In this document: positions 39,206-48,627 of the stretch, in pieces | How positions within the stretch are numbered: the stretch's first letter is position 1 | How the letters are laid out: every line of letters begins with the position of its first letter | NCBI GenBank assembly: GCA_039794085.1 | Contig: JBDIWC010000027.1 | Coordinates: 1-56,338, forward strand | Source of the DNA: Gemmatimonadales bacterium | Lineage (GTDB): Bacteria; Gemmatimonadota; Gemmatimonadetes; Gemmatimonadales; GWC2-71-9 | Direction: 5' to 3' | Length of the DNA stretch: 56,338 bases | The notes under the pieces: generated by a model | The model's database searches: none | What the model was told of the DNA's origin: nothing | Seen by the model: the letters and a program-made list of their open reading frames with translations, nothing else | Made by a program: the position numbers and the translations under genes

Positions 39206-40527
39206 GGGCGGGGAATCACGATGATGATGTCGCCGATGATCCCCAGACGCCCCGGGGCATCCTGCCGGAGGGCTTCGGGCAGGCGGGGACGGGTGAGGGG
39301 AGCCTGCACTGCGGTGCGCCGCTGGAGCTGGCCCCCGCTTGTCGGGGCGATCACCTGGATGGCCTGGAGAAGCGCGCTGCGCCGCCGCAGCGTGGAGGAA
39401 CCGCTCGCGATGGCGATCGAGGGCGCGACCAGGAGGCCAGGTTCGACCTGGAGCGAACCGGTTTCCGGAAGGTCCCCCGGAGATTCGAGCCCGAACAGGG
39501 AGGGATCCCTGGTGGCTGCCCGGGCAAAGAAGGCGGATGCGGCCTGCCAGTCTCCGCGGTCTCCGGCTTCCAGGCCACGGCTGAAAGCGAGAAAGGCCTG
39601 GAGATCGGCGCGCGGCCGCTCGCTGATCTCCCGACTCTCGGCGGGGCTCAGGGGAACGCCCAGTTGCTCGATGACCTGGAAGACGATGGCCTTCTCCATG
39701 GCGTAAAGATCGGGGAGACCTTCCGAAACTCGGCCCGTGGCCGCCACCTCCCCATCCCGGGTTCGGACCACCTGGGCTTCGAGGGTCACACCCCGGCCGT
39801 CGGCGGTCTCCCGCACCACGCCCTGGAGCACATGGGCCGCGCCGAGCAGGCGTCCTGACCGCGCCGCCGTGGCCGGATCCACTCGCCCGCTCGTGCCGGC
39901 ATCCATCTCCTCCAACAGCACCTCCACGCGCTCCCGTTCAACGAGAACGAGCCGGCTCACCTTGGCCAGATCGGTGAGGAGGAGATGGGCGATTCCCCGT
40001 TCCAGCGGACGCAGGGTGGAATCGGACCCCACGAAGGCCCAGGGAAGGATGGCGAGCGAGTGGCGTGGAGCCTCGCCGGTGCCGAGAGTCGCCTCCCGGG
40101 CCAGAACCGCGCGGATCTCGTTCCGGAGCTGCCGACGGTCGAGGACGGTCAGTCGCCCCTCCAGTTCCCGCCGGTCGCCTCCCGACACGCCCCGAACGAT
40201 CGCCTGGCGATAGACCTGCCGGGCCGAGTCGACCTGATCCAGGCGTTCGAAGGCCAGCCCACGGTAGACCACTGCGGAGAACTCCCGGGGATCGAGCGCC
40301 AGAGCGGCACCCAGGACGTCCGCGGCGCGCTCCAGGCGACCCGCCTCGAAGAACCGAATACCGATGCGGGTCAATTCCCCGGCATCCCGGGCATGCCGTT
40401 CCGCGAGGAGATCGAGCGACTCGAGTTCTTCGGGAGTGACCGGGCCGGTGCGCACGCTGCCCGCACAGCCGGCCAGGCCGATCATCACCATCGCACCGGT
40501 GATCCATCGTCGTGGGAACCAGATCAT
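39202..40527 (-). CDS. TPR + CsgG/HfaB-like lipoprotein
   Basis: Lipobox LAGC; TPR; LVERERVEVLLEE...TAARSGRLLGAAHVLQG. Confidence 0.75.
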   Translation of the reverse strand: MIWFPRRWITGAMVMIGLAGCAGSVRTGPVTPEELESLDLLAERHARDAGELTRIGIRFFEAGRLERAADVLGAALALDPREFSAVVYRGLAFERLDQVDSARQVYRQAIVRGVSGGDRRELEGRLTVLDRRQLRNEIRAVLAREATLGTGEAPRHSLAILPWAFVGSDSTLRPLERGIAHLLLTDLAKVSRLVLVERERVEVLLEEMDAGTSGRVDPATAARSGRLLGAAHVLQGVVRETADGRGVTLEAQVVRTRDGEVAATGRVSEGLPDLYAMEKAIVFQVIEQLGVPLSPAESREISERPRADLQAFLAFSRGLEAGDRGDWQAASAFFARAATRDPSLFGLESPGDLPETGSLQVEPGLLVAPSIAIASGSSTLRRRSALLQAIQVIAPTSGGQLQRRTAVQAPLTRPRLPEALRQDAPGRLGIIGDIIIVIPRP

Positions 40528-40710
40528 TGCCACCTCGTGCCAGGGCGTCAACATTATCCCCCACAATCTAGGGAATCGGGAGGGGGCGCACAACGAGGCG
40601 GGACGGTCCTCCGTTGCGCTTCGGCCTCCTGTCGGTACCTTTCGGTGATCTGGATCACACCTCACGCCCCCTCGGGCCCCTCCCCTTCACGAACTGGCCC
40701 GATTTCCCTG

Positions 40711-41898
40711 ATGTTGTCCTCCCCGCCCGACACACCTTCCCTCCCCTCGGCCCCTCCGACCCCGGGGCCGCAGCGCACACTCTATCTCGTCATTGTTCTC
40801 GACCTGATCGGGTTCGCCACGTTGATGCCGCTCCTGGCGAGCTATGGAGCCCGGCTCGGCGCCTCGTCGGCGGAGATCGGGTTTCTCGTGGCCAGCTACT
40901 CCCTCATGCACGTGGCCCTCGCCGCGGCCTGGGGCCGATGGAGTGACCGCATCGGGCGCCGTCCCGTCCTCCTCATCGGGCTGGCGGGCACACTGGCGGG
41001 GGCCGTGACCTTTGCGGTGGCGGATTCCTTTGGCGTGCTCATTCTCTCCCGCCTCCTGGCCGGGGGCATCGGGACCACCACGAACGTGGCCCAGGCCTAC
41101 CTCGCCGACGTCACTCCCCCCGAGCGTCGCACCCGTGCCATGGGCCTCCTCGGCGCGTCGTACGGCGTCGGTTTCATCATCGGGCCGATCCTCGGCGGAA
41201 TCGCCAGCAGCATCAGTGATCCCGCCCCCGGCATCGTGGCGTCCTTCCTCGCCCTGGGCAATCTCCTCTACGCGGCCGCCGCGCTCCGGGAACCGAGGAA
41301 ACACCGGTCGCGCCCCCATGTCACCGTCACCGATCCCGTCCCCCGGCGTCACCTGCGCATCCTCGGGGCCGGCATGGCCGCCACCGCCGCCTTCACCGTG
41401 ATGTATGTGGTGTTTCCGCTGTTCGGGGAGACCCGGCTCGGCTTCGACCGGAGCCAGGTCAGTTATCTCTTCGCCTGGGTGGGAACGGTCAACGCCGTGG
41501 CCCAGGGGGGCCTGGCCGGCCGCTTGTCCCGGCGCTTCGGCGACATCCGCACCGCCCGGCTCGGAGCCATGATCATGGCAGGGGGATTCCTCGTCCTTCC
41601 CCTCACGGAGAGCATCCCCGGCACCCTCGGCTTCGGGGTGTTCCTCGCCGCCCTGTTCTGCGTGGCCCTGGGGTTCGGCACCACCCTCCCCGCGCTGACA
41701 GGCCGACTCTCCGCTCTGGCCGGGCCCGCTCAGGGGGAGGTACTCGGGCGCCTCCACGGCGTCAACAGCCTGGCCCGGGCGGTTGGGCCCTTGGTGGCAG
41801 GAGTGATGTACGGCGTCGGCGGCGCGGGGCTCGCATTTGCCCTGTCAGGCGGGATCGCGATCGGGGCGGTGCTCCTGGCCAACGGAAGCAGGAAGTAG
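40711..41898 (+). CDS. MFS transporter (TetA/DHA1-like)
   Basis: Motif A WGRWSDRIGRRPVLL, QAYLADVT, GFIIGPILGG. Confidence 0.9.
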   Translation: MLSSPPDTPSLPSAPPTPGPQRTLYLVIVLDLIGFATLMPLLASYGARLGASSAEIGFLVASYSLMHVALAAAWGRWSDRIGRRPVLLIGLAGTLAGAVTFAVADSFGVLILSRLLAGGIGTTTNVAQAYLADVTPPERRTRAMGLLGASYGVGFIIGPILGGIASSISDPAPGIVASFLALGNLLYAAAALREPRKHRSRPHVTVTDPVPRRHLRILGAGMAATAAFTVMYVVFPLFGETRLGFDRSQVSYLFAWVGTVNAVAQGGLAGRLSRRFGDIRTARLGAMIMAGGFLVLPLTESIPGTLGFGVFLAALFCVALGFGTTLPALTGRLSALAGPAQGEVLGRLHGVNSLARAVGPLVAGVMYGVGGAGLAFALSGGIAIGAVLLANGSRK

Positions 41899-41941
41899 GA
41901 AGCGGGCTTCCCGCTGGCCGCGTGTGCCGCTGCTGGCGTAG

Positions 41942-42422
41942 GCCCTCACCCGGCGCTGCGCGCCACCCTCTCCCGGAGGGAGAGGGGAGCAACGGGCTCT
42001 CGCAATGGCTGCGCGTCGCCCCTACCACCGCTCTGGTGAGCATGTATTTTCGACAGGATGAACAGGATTGACAGGATGTTGTCCCGCAGCGAGGAACCGA
42101 TCCAGCGAATCCTGGCGGTCAGACCAATGGAAGTGGGGAGCAGGTCCCTGGACAGGATTGACGGCCTGACTGGATACTGTCGGGGAGGGAGGGGGGCATC
42201 CTGTTCATCCTGTCAATCCTGTCAGAAAAAACTGCTCACCAGGGATCGAATGGCTCCACCACCGTGGGCGTCGGATCGGGATCCCTTCGTGGGCTCCGCG
42301 AACCGTTGCGCCCCTGCGTCCTGGCGCCTTTGCGTTGAGGCAGTTCCATGTACATCAAGACCCGGACGACGGGAAGTACACCGGGAACCTCCTCAGATCC
42401 CTCGTTTCACTCGGGATGACGA
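41942..42422. repeat. Cluster of several short palindromic/tandem repeat families
   Basis: CCCTCACCC...CTCTCCCGGAGGGAGAGGG hairpin; CGCCCCTAC REP foot; inverted ACAGGAT(G/T) 9-mer arrays at 42052-42078 and 42197-42223; AGATCCCTCGTTTCACTCGGGATGAC. Confidence 0.65.
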
Positions 42423-42472
42423 CTGAACAGAGATCACCTAAACTGGAGGAGAACCAAAACTGAAAACTCTCT

Positions 42473-43213
42473 TTACTGCGGAAGGGTGAAGAACCGAGTC
42501 CACCGCACCGCGGTCAGGAAGGGGAGCGGCTTCCAGCTCTCCGACTCGTAGCTGAAGTACACCATGAGGGGCCGCCCGCGGACATTGATCCGGGGCAGGA
42601 ATCCCCAGTAACGGCTGTCGTAGCTGCCATCCCGGTTGTCCCCCATGACGAAGAACGAATCGGGGGGCACCACGATCGGACCCCAGTCCTGCAGGTCGGG
42701 CCGATAGGTTTCCGGGTCGCCACCCACGAGATGGAGCAACTGCCACCGGCGCATCCGGGCCCGTTGGACCGGGTCGGCCCCCGCACTCCGGTCGTTGTGC
42801 ACCACCCACGGCTCGGACAGCGCCTCTCCGTTCCGGAAGAGCGTTCCCCGCTCCATGGCCAGCGTGTCCCCCGGCATGCCCACCAGCCGCTTGACGACCT
42901 TGATGTCCTCCTCGACCGAATCGAACACGATCAGGTCATTGCGCCGCGGTTCCCGGATCGCCGGGAGTCGCTTGTGAATCAGGGGGATCTCGGCCCCGTA
43001 GAGCGCCTTGTTGACGAAGAGAAAATCCCCGATCAGGAGCGTGTTTTCCATGCTGCCCGAGGGGATCTTGAAGGCCTCGACCAGGAAGGTCCGGAGGAAG
43101 AACCAGACCACCAGCGCCACCAGAATCGACTTGGTCCAATCCCAGAGCCAGGCCACGGCGGAGCGGCGCTCCACGGGGGTGGCGGGGGTGGGGGTGGGGG
43201 TGGGTGACGTCAT
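42473..43213 (-). CDS. lepB: Signal peptidase I
   Basis: IPSGSMENTL (Ser), VKRLVGMPGD (Lys), MGDNRDGSYDSRYWG. Confidence 0.95.
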   Translation of the reverse strand: MTSPTPTPTPATPVERRSAVAWLWDWTKSILVALVVWFFLRTFLVEAFKIPSGSMENTLLIGDFLFVNKALYGAEIPLIHKRLPAIREPRRNDLIVFDSVEEDIKVVKRLVGMPGDTLAMERGTLFRNGEALSEPWVVHNDRSAGADPVQRARMRRWQLLHLVGGDPETYRPDLQDWGPIVVPPDSFFVMGDNRDGSYDSRYWGFLPRINVRGRPLMVYFSYESESWKPLPFLTAVRWTRFFTLPQ

Positions 43214-43268
43214 GATACTGTCCTCCTACGAGCAGGTCGAGTGTGCTGTTTCAGAACGTCCCCGGCAC

Positions 43269-44363
43269 TCACTGTGGATTCTCGACCCAATCGGCGATGA
43301 ACAGGTTCGTTTCGCCGGTCTGGCTCTGGTGCCGGTTCGAGGCCCAGACCAGCTTGGAGCCGTCGGGACTGAACATGGGGAAACTGTCGAAGTCGTCGAA
43401 ATTCGTCACCCGATCGAGCCCGGTGCCGTCGATGTTGACGAGGAAGAGGTCGAACTTGCCACTGCGGGGATTTTCGTGGTTGGACGAGAAGAGGATCCGC
43501 TGGCCGTCGGGGTGAAAATACGGGGCAAAGTTGGCGCCGCCGAGCCGGGTGACCTGCCGGGCGTCGCTCCCGTCGGCGTTGGCGACCCAGAGCTCCACCC
43601 GGGCGGGACGCACCATCCGGTCGGCCAGAAGACCGAGATAATCCGCGCTGTCCGCGGCGGTTTCGGGATAGGCCGCGCGCCAGACGATCCGGGTCCCGTC
43701 GGGAGAGTAGAAAGGCCCCCCGTCATACCCGACCCGGTGGGTGAGGCGCCGGAGATCGGTGCCGTCGACCCGCATCGTGTACAGCTCGATGTCCCCATCC
43801 ATGGTGCTGGTGAAGATGATCCGCTCCCCATCGGGCGAGAGCGTGGACTCCGCGTTGTAGGCCCCGTTGTTCGTGAGCGGCCGCAGGTCGGTGCCATCGG
43901 GACGTGAGGTGTAGATCTCGAGGTGCCCGAGCGGCCACACATAGCCCCGGGACTGATCGGGGGAGGCCGGACACGCCTTGTCGTGACCAAAGGTCGAGCT
44001 GTAGAGCACCCGCTGGTCGTTGTCGTAGAAGTAGCCGCAGGTGGTGCGGCCCTCCCCGTTGGAAATCCGGCGCATCCCGCTGCCGTCGATGTTCATGATG
44101 TACTGCTGATCACACCCCTCCCCCACCGCCTCCTGCCGCTGGAAGATCAACTGCTCCCCGGATCGCGAGAAATACGCCTCGGCGTTGTTGCCGCCGAAGG
44201 TCAGCTGACGGATGTTCCGGAGATGACCCTCACCCGGTTCCGGGTCGACAAAAACGGTGGACGGGGGTGTTCCTTCAGGAAGGGCGGAGTCTCCCGCGGA
44301 CGCCCCACACGCTCCCAGGAGGGCGAGGACCGGGAACGACAGCAGGCTACCTGCGCGGCGCAT
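43269..44363 (-). CDS. TolB-like PD40 beta-propeller lipoprotein
   Basis: Lipobox LGAC; repeated SPDG/HPDG; GGNNAEAYFS. Start could be 44399. Confidence 0.85.
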   Translation of the reverse strand: MRRAGSLLSFPVLALLGACGASAGDSALPEGTPPSTVFVDPEPGEGHLRNIRQLTFGGNNAEAYFSRSGEQLIFQRQEAVGEGCDQQYIMNIDGSGMRRISNGEGRTTCGYFYDNDQRVLYSSTFGHDKACPASPDQSRGYVWPLGHLEIYTSRPDGTDLRPLTNNGAYNAESTLSPDGERIIFTSTMDGDIELYTMRVDGTDLRRLTHRVGYDGGPFYSPDGTRIVWRAAYPETAADSADYLGLLADRMVRPARVELWVANADGSDARQVTRLGGANFAPYFHPDGQRILFSSNHENPRSGKFDLFLVNIDGTGLDRVTNFDDFDSFPMFSPDGSKLVWASNRHQSQTGETNLFIADWVENPQ

Positions 44364-44402
44364 CGAAGCATCCTCTCGGGTCATGCCGAAAGATATCATG
44401 GG

Positions 44403-44861
44403 TCAGGTCTGCAGCGCCGCCAGCACCTCAGCCGCGTGCCCCTTGGGTTTGACCTTGCGGAACACCGATCGGACCCTCCCATCGGGGCCAATGACGAAGG
44501 TGGTGCGATGAATCCCGAAGTAGGTGCGCCCATACATCGACTTTTCCCCCCAGACCCCGTACGCCTCGGCGAGAGTGTGATCAGGATCAGCCAGGAGCGG
44601 GAAGGGGAGCGTGTACTTGTCGCGAAACCGGGCGTGGGACGTCGCCGAGTCGGGGGAGACGCCCAGAACCACCGCCCCGGTGGCCTGGATCTCGGCCCAG
44701 AGGTCGCGGAAGCCGCAGGCCTCGGTGGTACACCCGCTGGTATCGTCCTTGGGGTAGAAATAGAGGACCACCATCTTCCCCTTCCAGTCCTGCATCCGGA
44801 CCACTCGCCCCGCATCGTTTTCCAGAGTGAACCCGGGGGCCTTGTCGCCAACCTCGATCAT
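44403..44861 (-). CDS. bcp: Thioredoxin-dependent thiol peroxidase
   Basis: VLYFYPKDDTSGCTTEAC, GVSPDS, RTTFVI. Confidence 0.95.
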   Translation of the reverse strand: MIEVGDKAPGFTLENDAGRVVRMQDWKGKMVVLYFYPKDDTSGCTTEACGFRDLWAEIQATGAVVLGVSPDSATSHARFRDKYTLPFPLLADPDHTLAEAYGVWGEKSMYGRTYFGIHRTTFVIGPDGRVRSVFRKVKPKGHAAEVLAALQT

Positions 44862-44868
44862 GCCAACC

Positions 44869-46452
44869 TCACGGGAGGAGGAGTGTGGGGACGTTCGGGC
44901 GGATGCGGGCCCGGAGGATCGGGGCATCGGTGCCGCGGCGGAGCACCCGGTCGAGCCGGTTCCATGCCACGTACCCGTCCTCGGAGGCCGGTTCCAGGAG
45001 GTACGCCGCCAGAACGCCGAGACGCTGGTCGGTGGAGACGACGAACCACCCGGGGGCGAGCGTTGCCGGGTGGGATCGCCACTGGCCCTCCACCTGCACC
45101 GTCCGGTGCCCCTCAAACGGGAATGGAGCGCTGGAGAGCGAGTCGATGCGGAACGCCTCGGCGGGACCCGACCACGTTTCGGTCGACCGCTCCACCACGA
45201 CGCCCTGGGCCCGGAGCGACACAGCGAGCCCCGACTCCGAGGGCGGGATGAGGTACACCGCCGGCATGGCCTCGCGACGTGCGGGGGCAAACCGATCGAA
45301 GACCGGCATCCGGATGGTGCGGAACACTCCCGTCCGTTTCCGCCGGGCGAAACCTCCCCCCCCCCGGCCCCCGTCTCCCGGTTCGGTGATCTCGGCGATG
45401 ACATCCTGTGGCGTGGATGGCGCCAGCACCGAGCGGACCGTGACCGAATCCGGGCGCCACCGGTCACTCGCGGTGAGCAGGGGCCGGATCGTGGTCCACG
45501 AATCGTTCAGGAACCGGAGCGTTTCCAGGACGAACTGCCAGGTTCCCCGCACCCGGGTCTCGAAGTCGGCGTTGCTGTAGGCCTCGCTCAGGATCGAGAG
45601 GCGCCCTCGCATCCCCATCCAGTTGGTGCCGAACCGGGGACGGGCGTCGTAGGTCTCCCATCCCAGCACCAGGGAATCGGGATGCTGGTTCCGGAAGTTC
45701 CCGTAGGAAAAGACCTCGGCGCCGTGCCGCTCCCGCATCCGCTGCCGGATGGCCGGCAACATGCGATCTCTCACGAAGTCGTTGGCCGGAGGGCTGTTCG
45801 GATTGAGGCCCGGGGCGTAGGTCAGGACATACCCGTGGTAACTGCCGTTCGTGGTGTGCAGATCCAGGAGAAGGTCGGGATCCCATTCGGCCAGGAGTCG
45901 TGCTGCCCCGCGCGTTTCGGGGGCCTCCTGCTTGATGTAGTCCCGGTTCAGGTCGAGCCCGAGCCCGTTCGGGCGGCGGCCCACGGTGTCGGGGCCGTTC
46001 TGCCCCGGACGGTTGCGCGATCCGGGAGCGAAGGCGTCGTTTCCATCGGTGTTGTAGATCGGGACGACGATCAGAATGAGACTGTCGAGCAGGGGCCGGA
46101 GGGAACCAATCGTGAGGTCCCGGAGGAGCATCTGCGCCGCCTCCTTTCCCTCCACCTCACCCCCGTGGATGTTTCCCTGGATGTAGACCACGGGCTTACC
46201 GGAACGGTGGGCCTCCGCGGGACTGGCCACCAGCGGATGGGCGGCCAACACCCAGGGGACGACCCGCCCCTCCGCACTGGTGGCCAGAGTCCCGACCCGC
46301 AGGGACGCGCCCCGGAGCGCCAGAGAATCGAGAAAGGCGAGGACGTCGGCATGGGAGGAGGTGGTGGTGAACCCGCTCCGCTCCGCCACGGTCTGTTGGG
46401 CTCCCACGCCCGGGGCGCCCCCCAGAAGGAGGGCGACCGACAGGCGGAGCAT
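44869..46452 (-). CDS. M14 family zinc carboxypeptidase, secreted
   Basis: NIHGGEVEG (HxxE), DLNRD, DLHTTNG. Confidence 0.88.
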   Translation of the reverse strand: MLRLSVALLLGGAPGVGAQQTVAERSGFTTTSSHADVLAFLDSLALRGASLRVGTLATSAEGRVVPWVLAAHPLVASPAEAHRSGKPVVYIQGNIHGGEVEGKEAAQMLLRDLTIGSLRPLLDSLILIVVPIYNTDGNDAFAPGSRNRPGQNGPDTVGRRPNGLGLDLNRDYIKQEAPETRGAARLLAEWDPDLLLDLHTTNGSYHGYVLTYAPGLNPNSPPANDFVRDRMLPAIRQRMRERHGAEVFSYGNFRNQHPDSLVLGWETYDARPRFGTNWMGMRGRLSILSEAYSNADFETRVRGTWQFVLETLRFLNDSWTTIRPLLTASDRWRPDSVTVRSVLAPSTPQDVIAEITEPGDGGRGGGGFARRKRTGVFRTIRMPVFDRFAPARREAMPAVYLIPPSESGLAVSLRAQGVVVERSTETWSGPAEAFRIDSLSSAPFPFEGHRTVQVEGQWRSHPATLAPGWFVVSTDQRLGVLAAYLLEPASEDGYVAWNRLDRVLRRGTDAPILRARIRPNVPTLLLP

Positions 46453-46494
46453 CCTGTGACCTGCTCGCGCAAGCTGCATTAGGTTTCATCTCCC

Positions 46495-46866
46495 ATGGCA
46501 AAGAAACTGTCGGCGGCCGCCCAGGCCCAGTACAATTTTCTGCAATCCCTCCCCCCGCAGTTCGACCGGATCCACCGGCTCATCGAGGAGATGTCCGCGC
46601 TGCGGCTCGACGAGGCGAGAGTGCGTTCCCTCACCCGCCAGCTCGATCAGCTCAAGACCCAGGCGGCGAGCCTGAGCCTCGCCCCGCTCGCCGACACCTT
46701 CGGCATGATGAGCATGTTGGCCCGGCGAGGAGGAGGGATGCAGCTCAAGGTCCGGGGGCTCCGCGAGGGGTTGGCGTCACTCAAGATCAACCTGGAGGGG
46801 GCGGTGCGCTCCATCCAGGCCCAGGCGGTCGACGACCACGATGCGCCGGGAGACTCCGGCCCGTAA
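46495..46866 (+). CDS. Hypothetical all-helical protein
   Basis: Good codon usage, amphipathic helices. Confidence 0.7.
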   Translation: MAKKLSAAAQAQYNFLQSLPPQFDRIHRLIEEMSALRLDEARVRSLTRQLDQLKTQAASLSLAPLADTFGMMSMLARRGGGMQLKVRGLREGLASLKINLEGAVRSIQAQAVDDHDAPGDSGP

Positions 46867-46877
46867 AGGGACGAGCG

Positions 46878-47045
46878 TCAGGAATCCTTGACGAACCGGT
46901 CCACCAGCGGCCCCGCCATCAGGGCCACCATGGCGTTCACCAGCACCCCGATCAGCACGGTCACGAAAGCCAGGGCAGCCAGGATCATTCCGGCACCGAG
47001 GCCGGCGAAGAGGAGGACAACGGGGTTTCCGAGCATGGCATTCAT
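46878..47045 (-). CDS. Small hydrophobic membrane protein (~55 aa)
   Basis: GGAG before the ATGs; continuous hydrophobic stretch. Confidence 0.5.
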   Translation of the reverse strand: MNAMLGNPVVLLFAGLGAGMILAALAFVTVLIGVLVNAMVALMAGPLVDRFVKDS

Positions 47046-47180
47046 CTCCGGCGGTCGAGCCCGACCAGGTCGGGCGGCAGGGCCGAAGTCTATTGCCCGG
47101 ACCCCGCCGGGGCAACTCGGTGGGAATTCCGCGTTCAACCGGCGGTGGCAATCTCCACCGGGATCGATAGCTTGGGACCC

Positions 47181-48254
47181 ATGACAACGCTTCCCCCTGC
47201 CCGCACGATGTTCCGGGCCCTGGCCGACCGGGATCCCGCCTGGGACGGCGTCTTCCTGGTGGGCGTCCGCACCACCGGGATCTTCTGCCGTCCCGTCTGT
47301 CCCGCCCGCAAGCCGCTCCCCGCGAACGTGGAGTACTTCGCCACAGTGCAGGAGGCCCGCTCGGCGGGATACCGTGCCTGCCGCCGGTGTCGCCCCGAGG
47401 AGGAGCCCGGATCCCGGCCGGAGTGGGCCGAACGGCTCCTCGCGGCGGTCAATGCCGATCCCGCCGCCCGCTGGACCGACGAGGATGTCCGGCGGTTCGG
47501 TGTGGAACCGGCCCGGGTGCGGCGGTTCTTCACCGCGCGGTACGGCATGACCTTTCAGGGATGGCAGCGGGCCCGGCGCCTGGGAGGTGCCCTGCAACAG
47601 ATCAACCAGGGAGAGGGCCTCATGCGGGCAGGATTCAGCGCGGGATATGAGTCGGACAGCGGATTCCGGGACGCGTTCAAGACGGTGTTCGGGGCACCAC
47701 CCGGCCAGGTACGCGGGTCGGACCATGCGGTGGTGGAACTCCTCCCCACCCCGATCGGGCCGCTGCTCGCCGCCGCCACCGACCAGGCGCTCTGGTTTCT
47801 CGAATTTCTCGACCGGCGCGGCATCCGCGGTCAGGGGGCCACCCTGCTCCGGCGGGTCGGGATGCCGGTCCTTCCGGGCACCAACGCCATCCTGCAGCGC
47901 ACCGCGGAGCAGCTCGGCGAATACTTCGCGGGAGAGCGGCGACAATTCGACCTGCCGCTCGCCGTCGTGGGGACCCCGTTCCAGGAGAAAGTCTGGCACG
48001 CGCTGCTGGCCATCCCGCACGGAGAGACCCGCTCCTACGACCAGATCGCCGAGGCGGTGGGGAAACCCGGGGCGTCGCGGGCGGTGGGGACCGCCAACGG
48101 GATGAACCGGATCGCGATCGTGGTGCCGTGCCACCGGGTGATCCGGAAGGACGGGGCGCTGTCGGGGTACGGCGGCGGGGTGTGGCGGAAGCGGCGGCTG
48201 CTGGAACTGGAAGGGGCGGGGAATGGGGAATTGGGAATCGGGAGCAGGGAATAG
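47181..48254 (+). CDS. ada: Bifunctional transcriptional activator / O6-methylguanine-DNA methyltransferase
   Basis: TTGIFCRPVCPAR, RACRRC (Zn), AraC HTH, VPCHRV active site. Confidence 0.95.
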   Translation: MTTLPPARTMFRALADRDPAWDGVFLVGVRTTGIFCRPVCPARKPLPANVEYFATVQEARSAGYRACRRCRPEEEPGSRPEWAERLLAAVNADPAARWTDEDVRRFGVEPARVRRFFTARYGMTFQGWQRARRLGGALQQINQGEGLMRAGFSAGYESDSGFRDAFKTVFGAPPGQVRGSDHAVVELLPTPIGPLLAAATDQALWFLEFLDRRGIRGQGATLLRRVGMPVLPGTNAILQRTAEQLGEYFAGERRQFDLPLAVVGTPFQEKVWHALLAIPHGETRSYDQIAEAVGKPGASRAVGTANGMNRIAIVVPCHRVIRKDGALSGYGGGVWRKRRLLELEGAGNGELGIGSRE

Positions 48255-48404
48255 TCCCTTACGGACAATTGAACACAAAATGGTAACAATATTTTGGGCG
48301 ACGCCCGGAAACCCACGCCGGTACTGCGTTCGACGGCGGTTCGGAATGTATCCAACGTGGGTGCCTTCGCGTCGCGGCGCGCGCCGTGACCAGGCGAGTG
48401 GTTT

Positions 48405-48627
48405 TTCCCCGGGGCTGACGCCCCTTGCTCGGCCGGGGGAGGTGGCTTACGCCACCGGCAGCCCAGACGAACACCCGGCCGGGTGAACGGCCTCTCGCCG
48501 CCGAGCCCGGGGCGAAAGCCCCGGGGAACCCGCGCGACCCCGAGGCCCCTCTTTGGTTCCGGCTCTGCCGGCTTTGGAGGGAATAGGGAGAGTGGGTGTA
48601 GGGGCGCGGCGTGCCGCGCCCGCCTAC
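48405..48627. repeat. REP-like inverted repeats between convergent genes
   Basis: 29-nt inverted repeat 48405-48433 / 48500-48528 (4 mismatches) and GTAGGGGCGCGGCGTGCCGCGCCC at ~48598-48621. Confidence 0.6.

Noticed and set aside
42058..42426. 122-aa ORF with SCSSCQSCQ
   Set aside because: It is the translation of the ACAGGAT repeat arrays, not a credible protein.
46495..46866. HPt phosphotransfer protein
   Set aside because: The helical pattern is suggestive, but the expected phospho-His position reads LDQLKTQA, so it is left as hypothetical.
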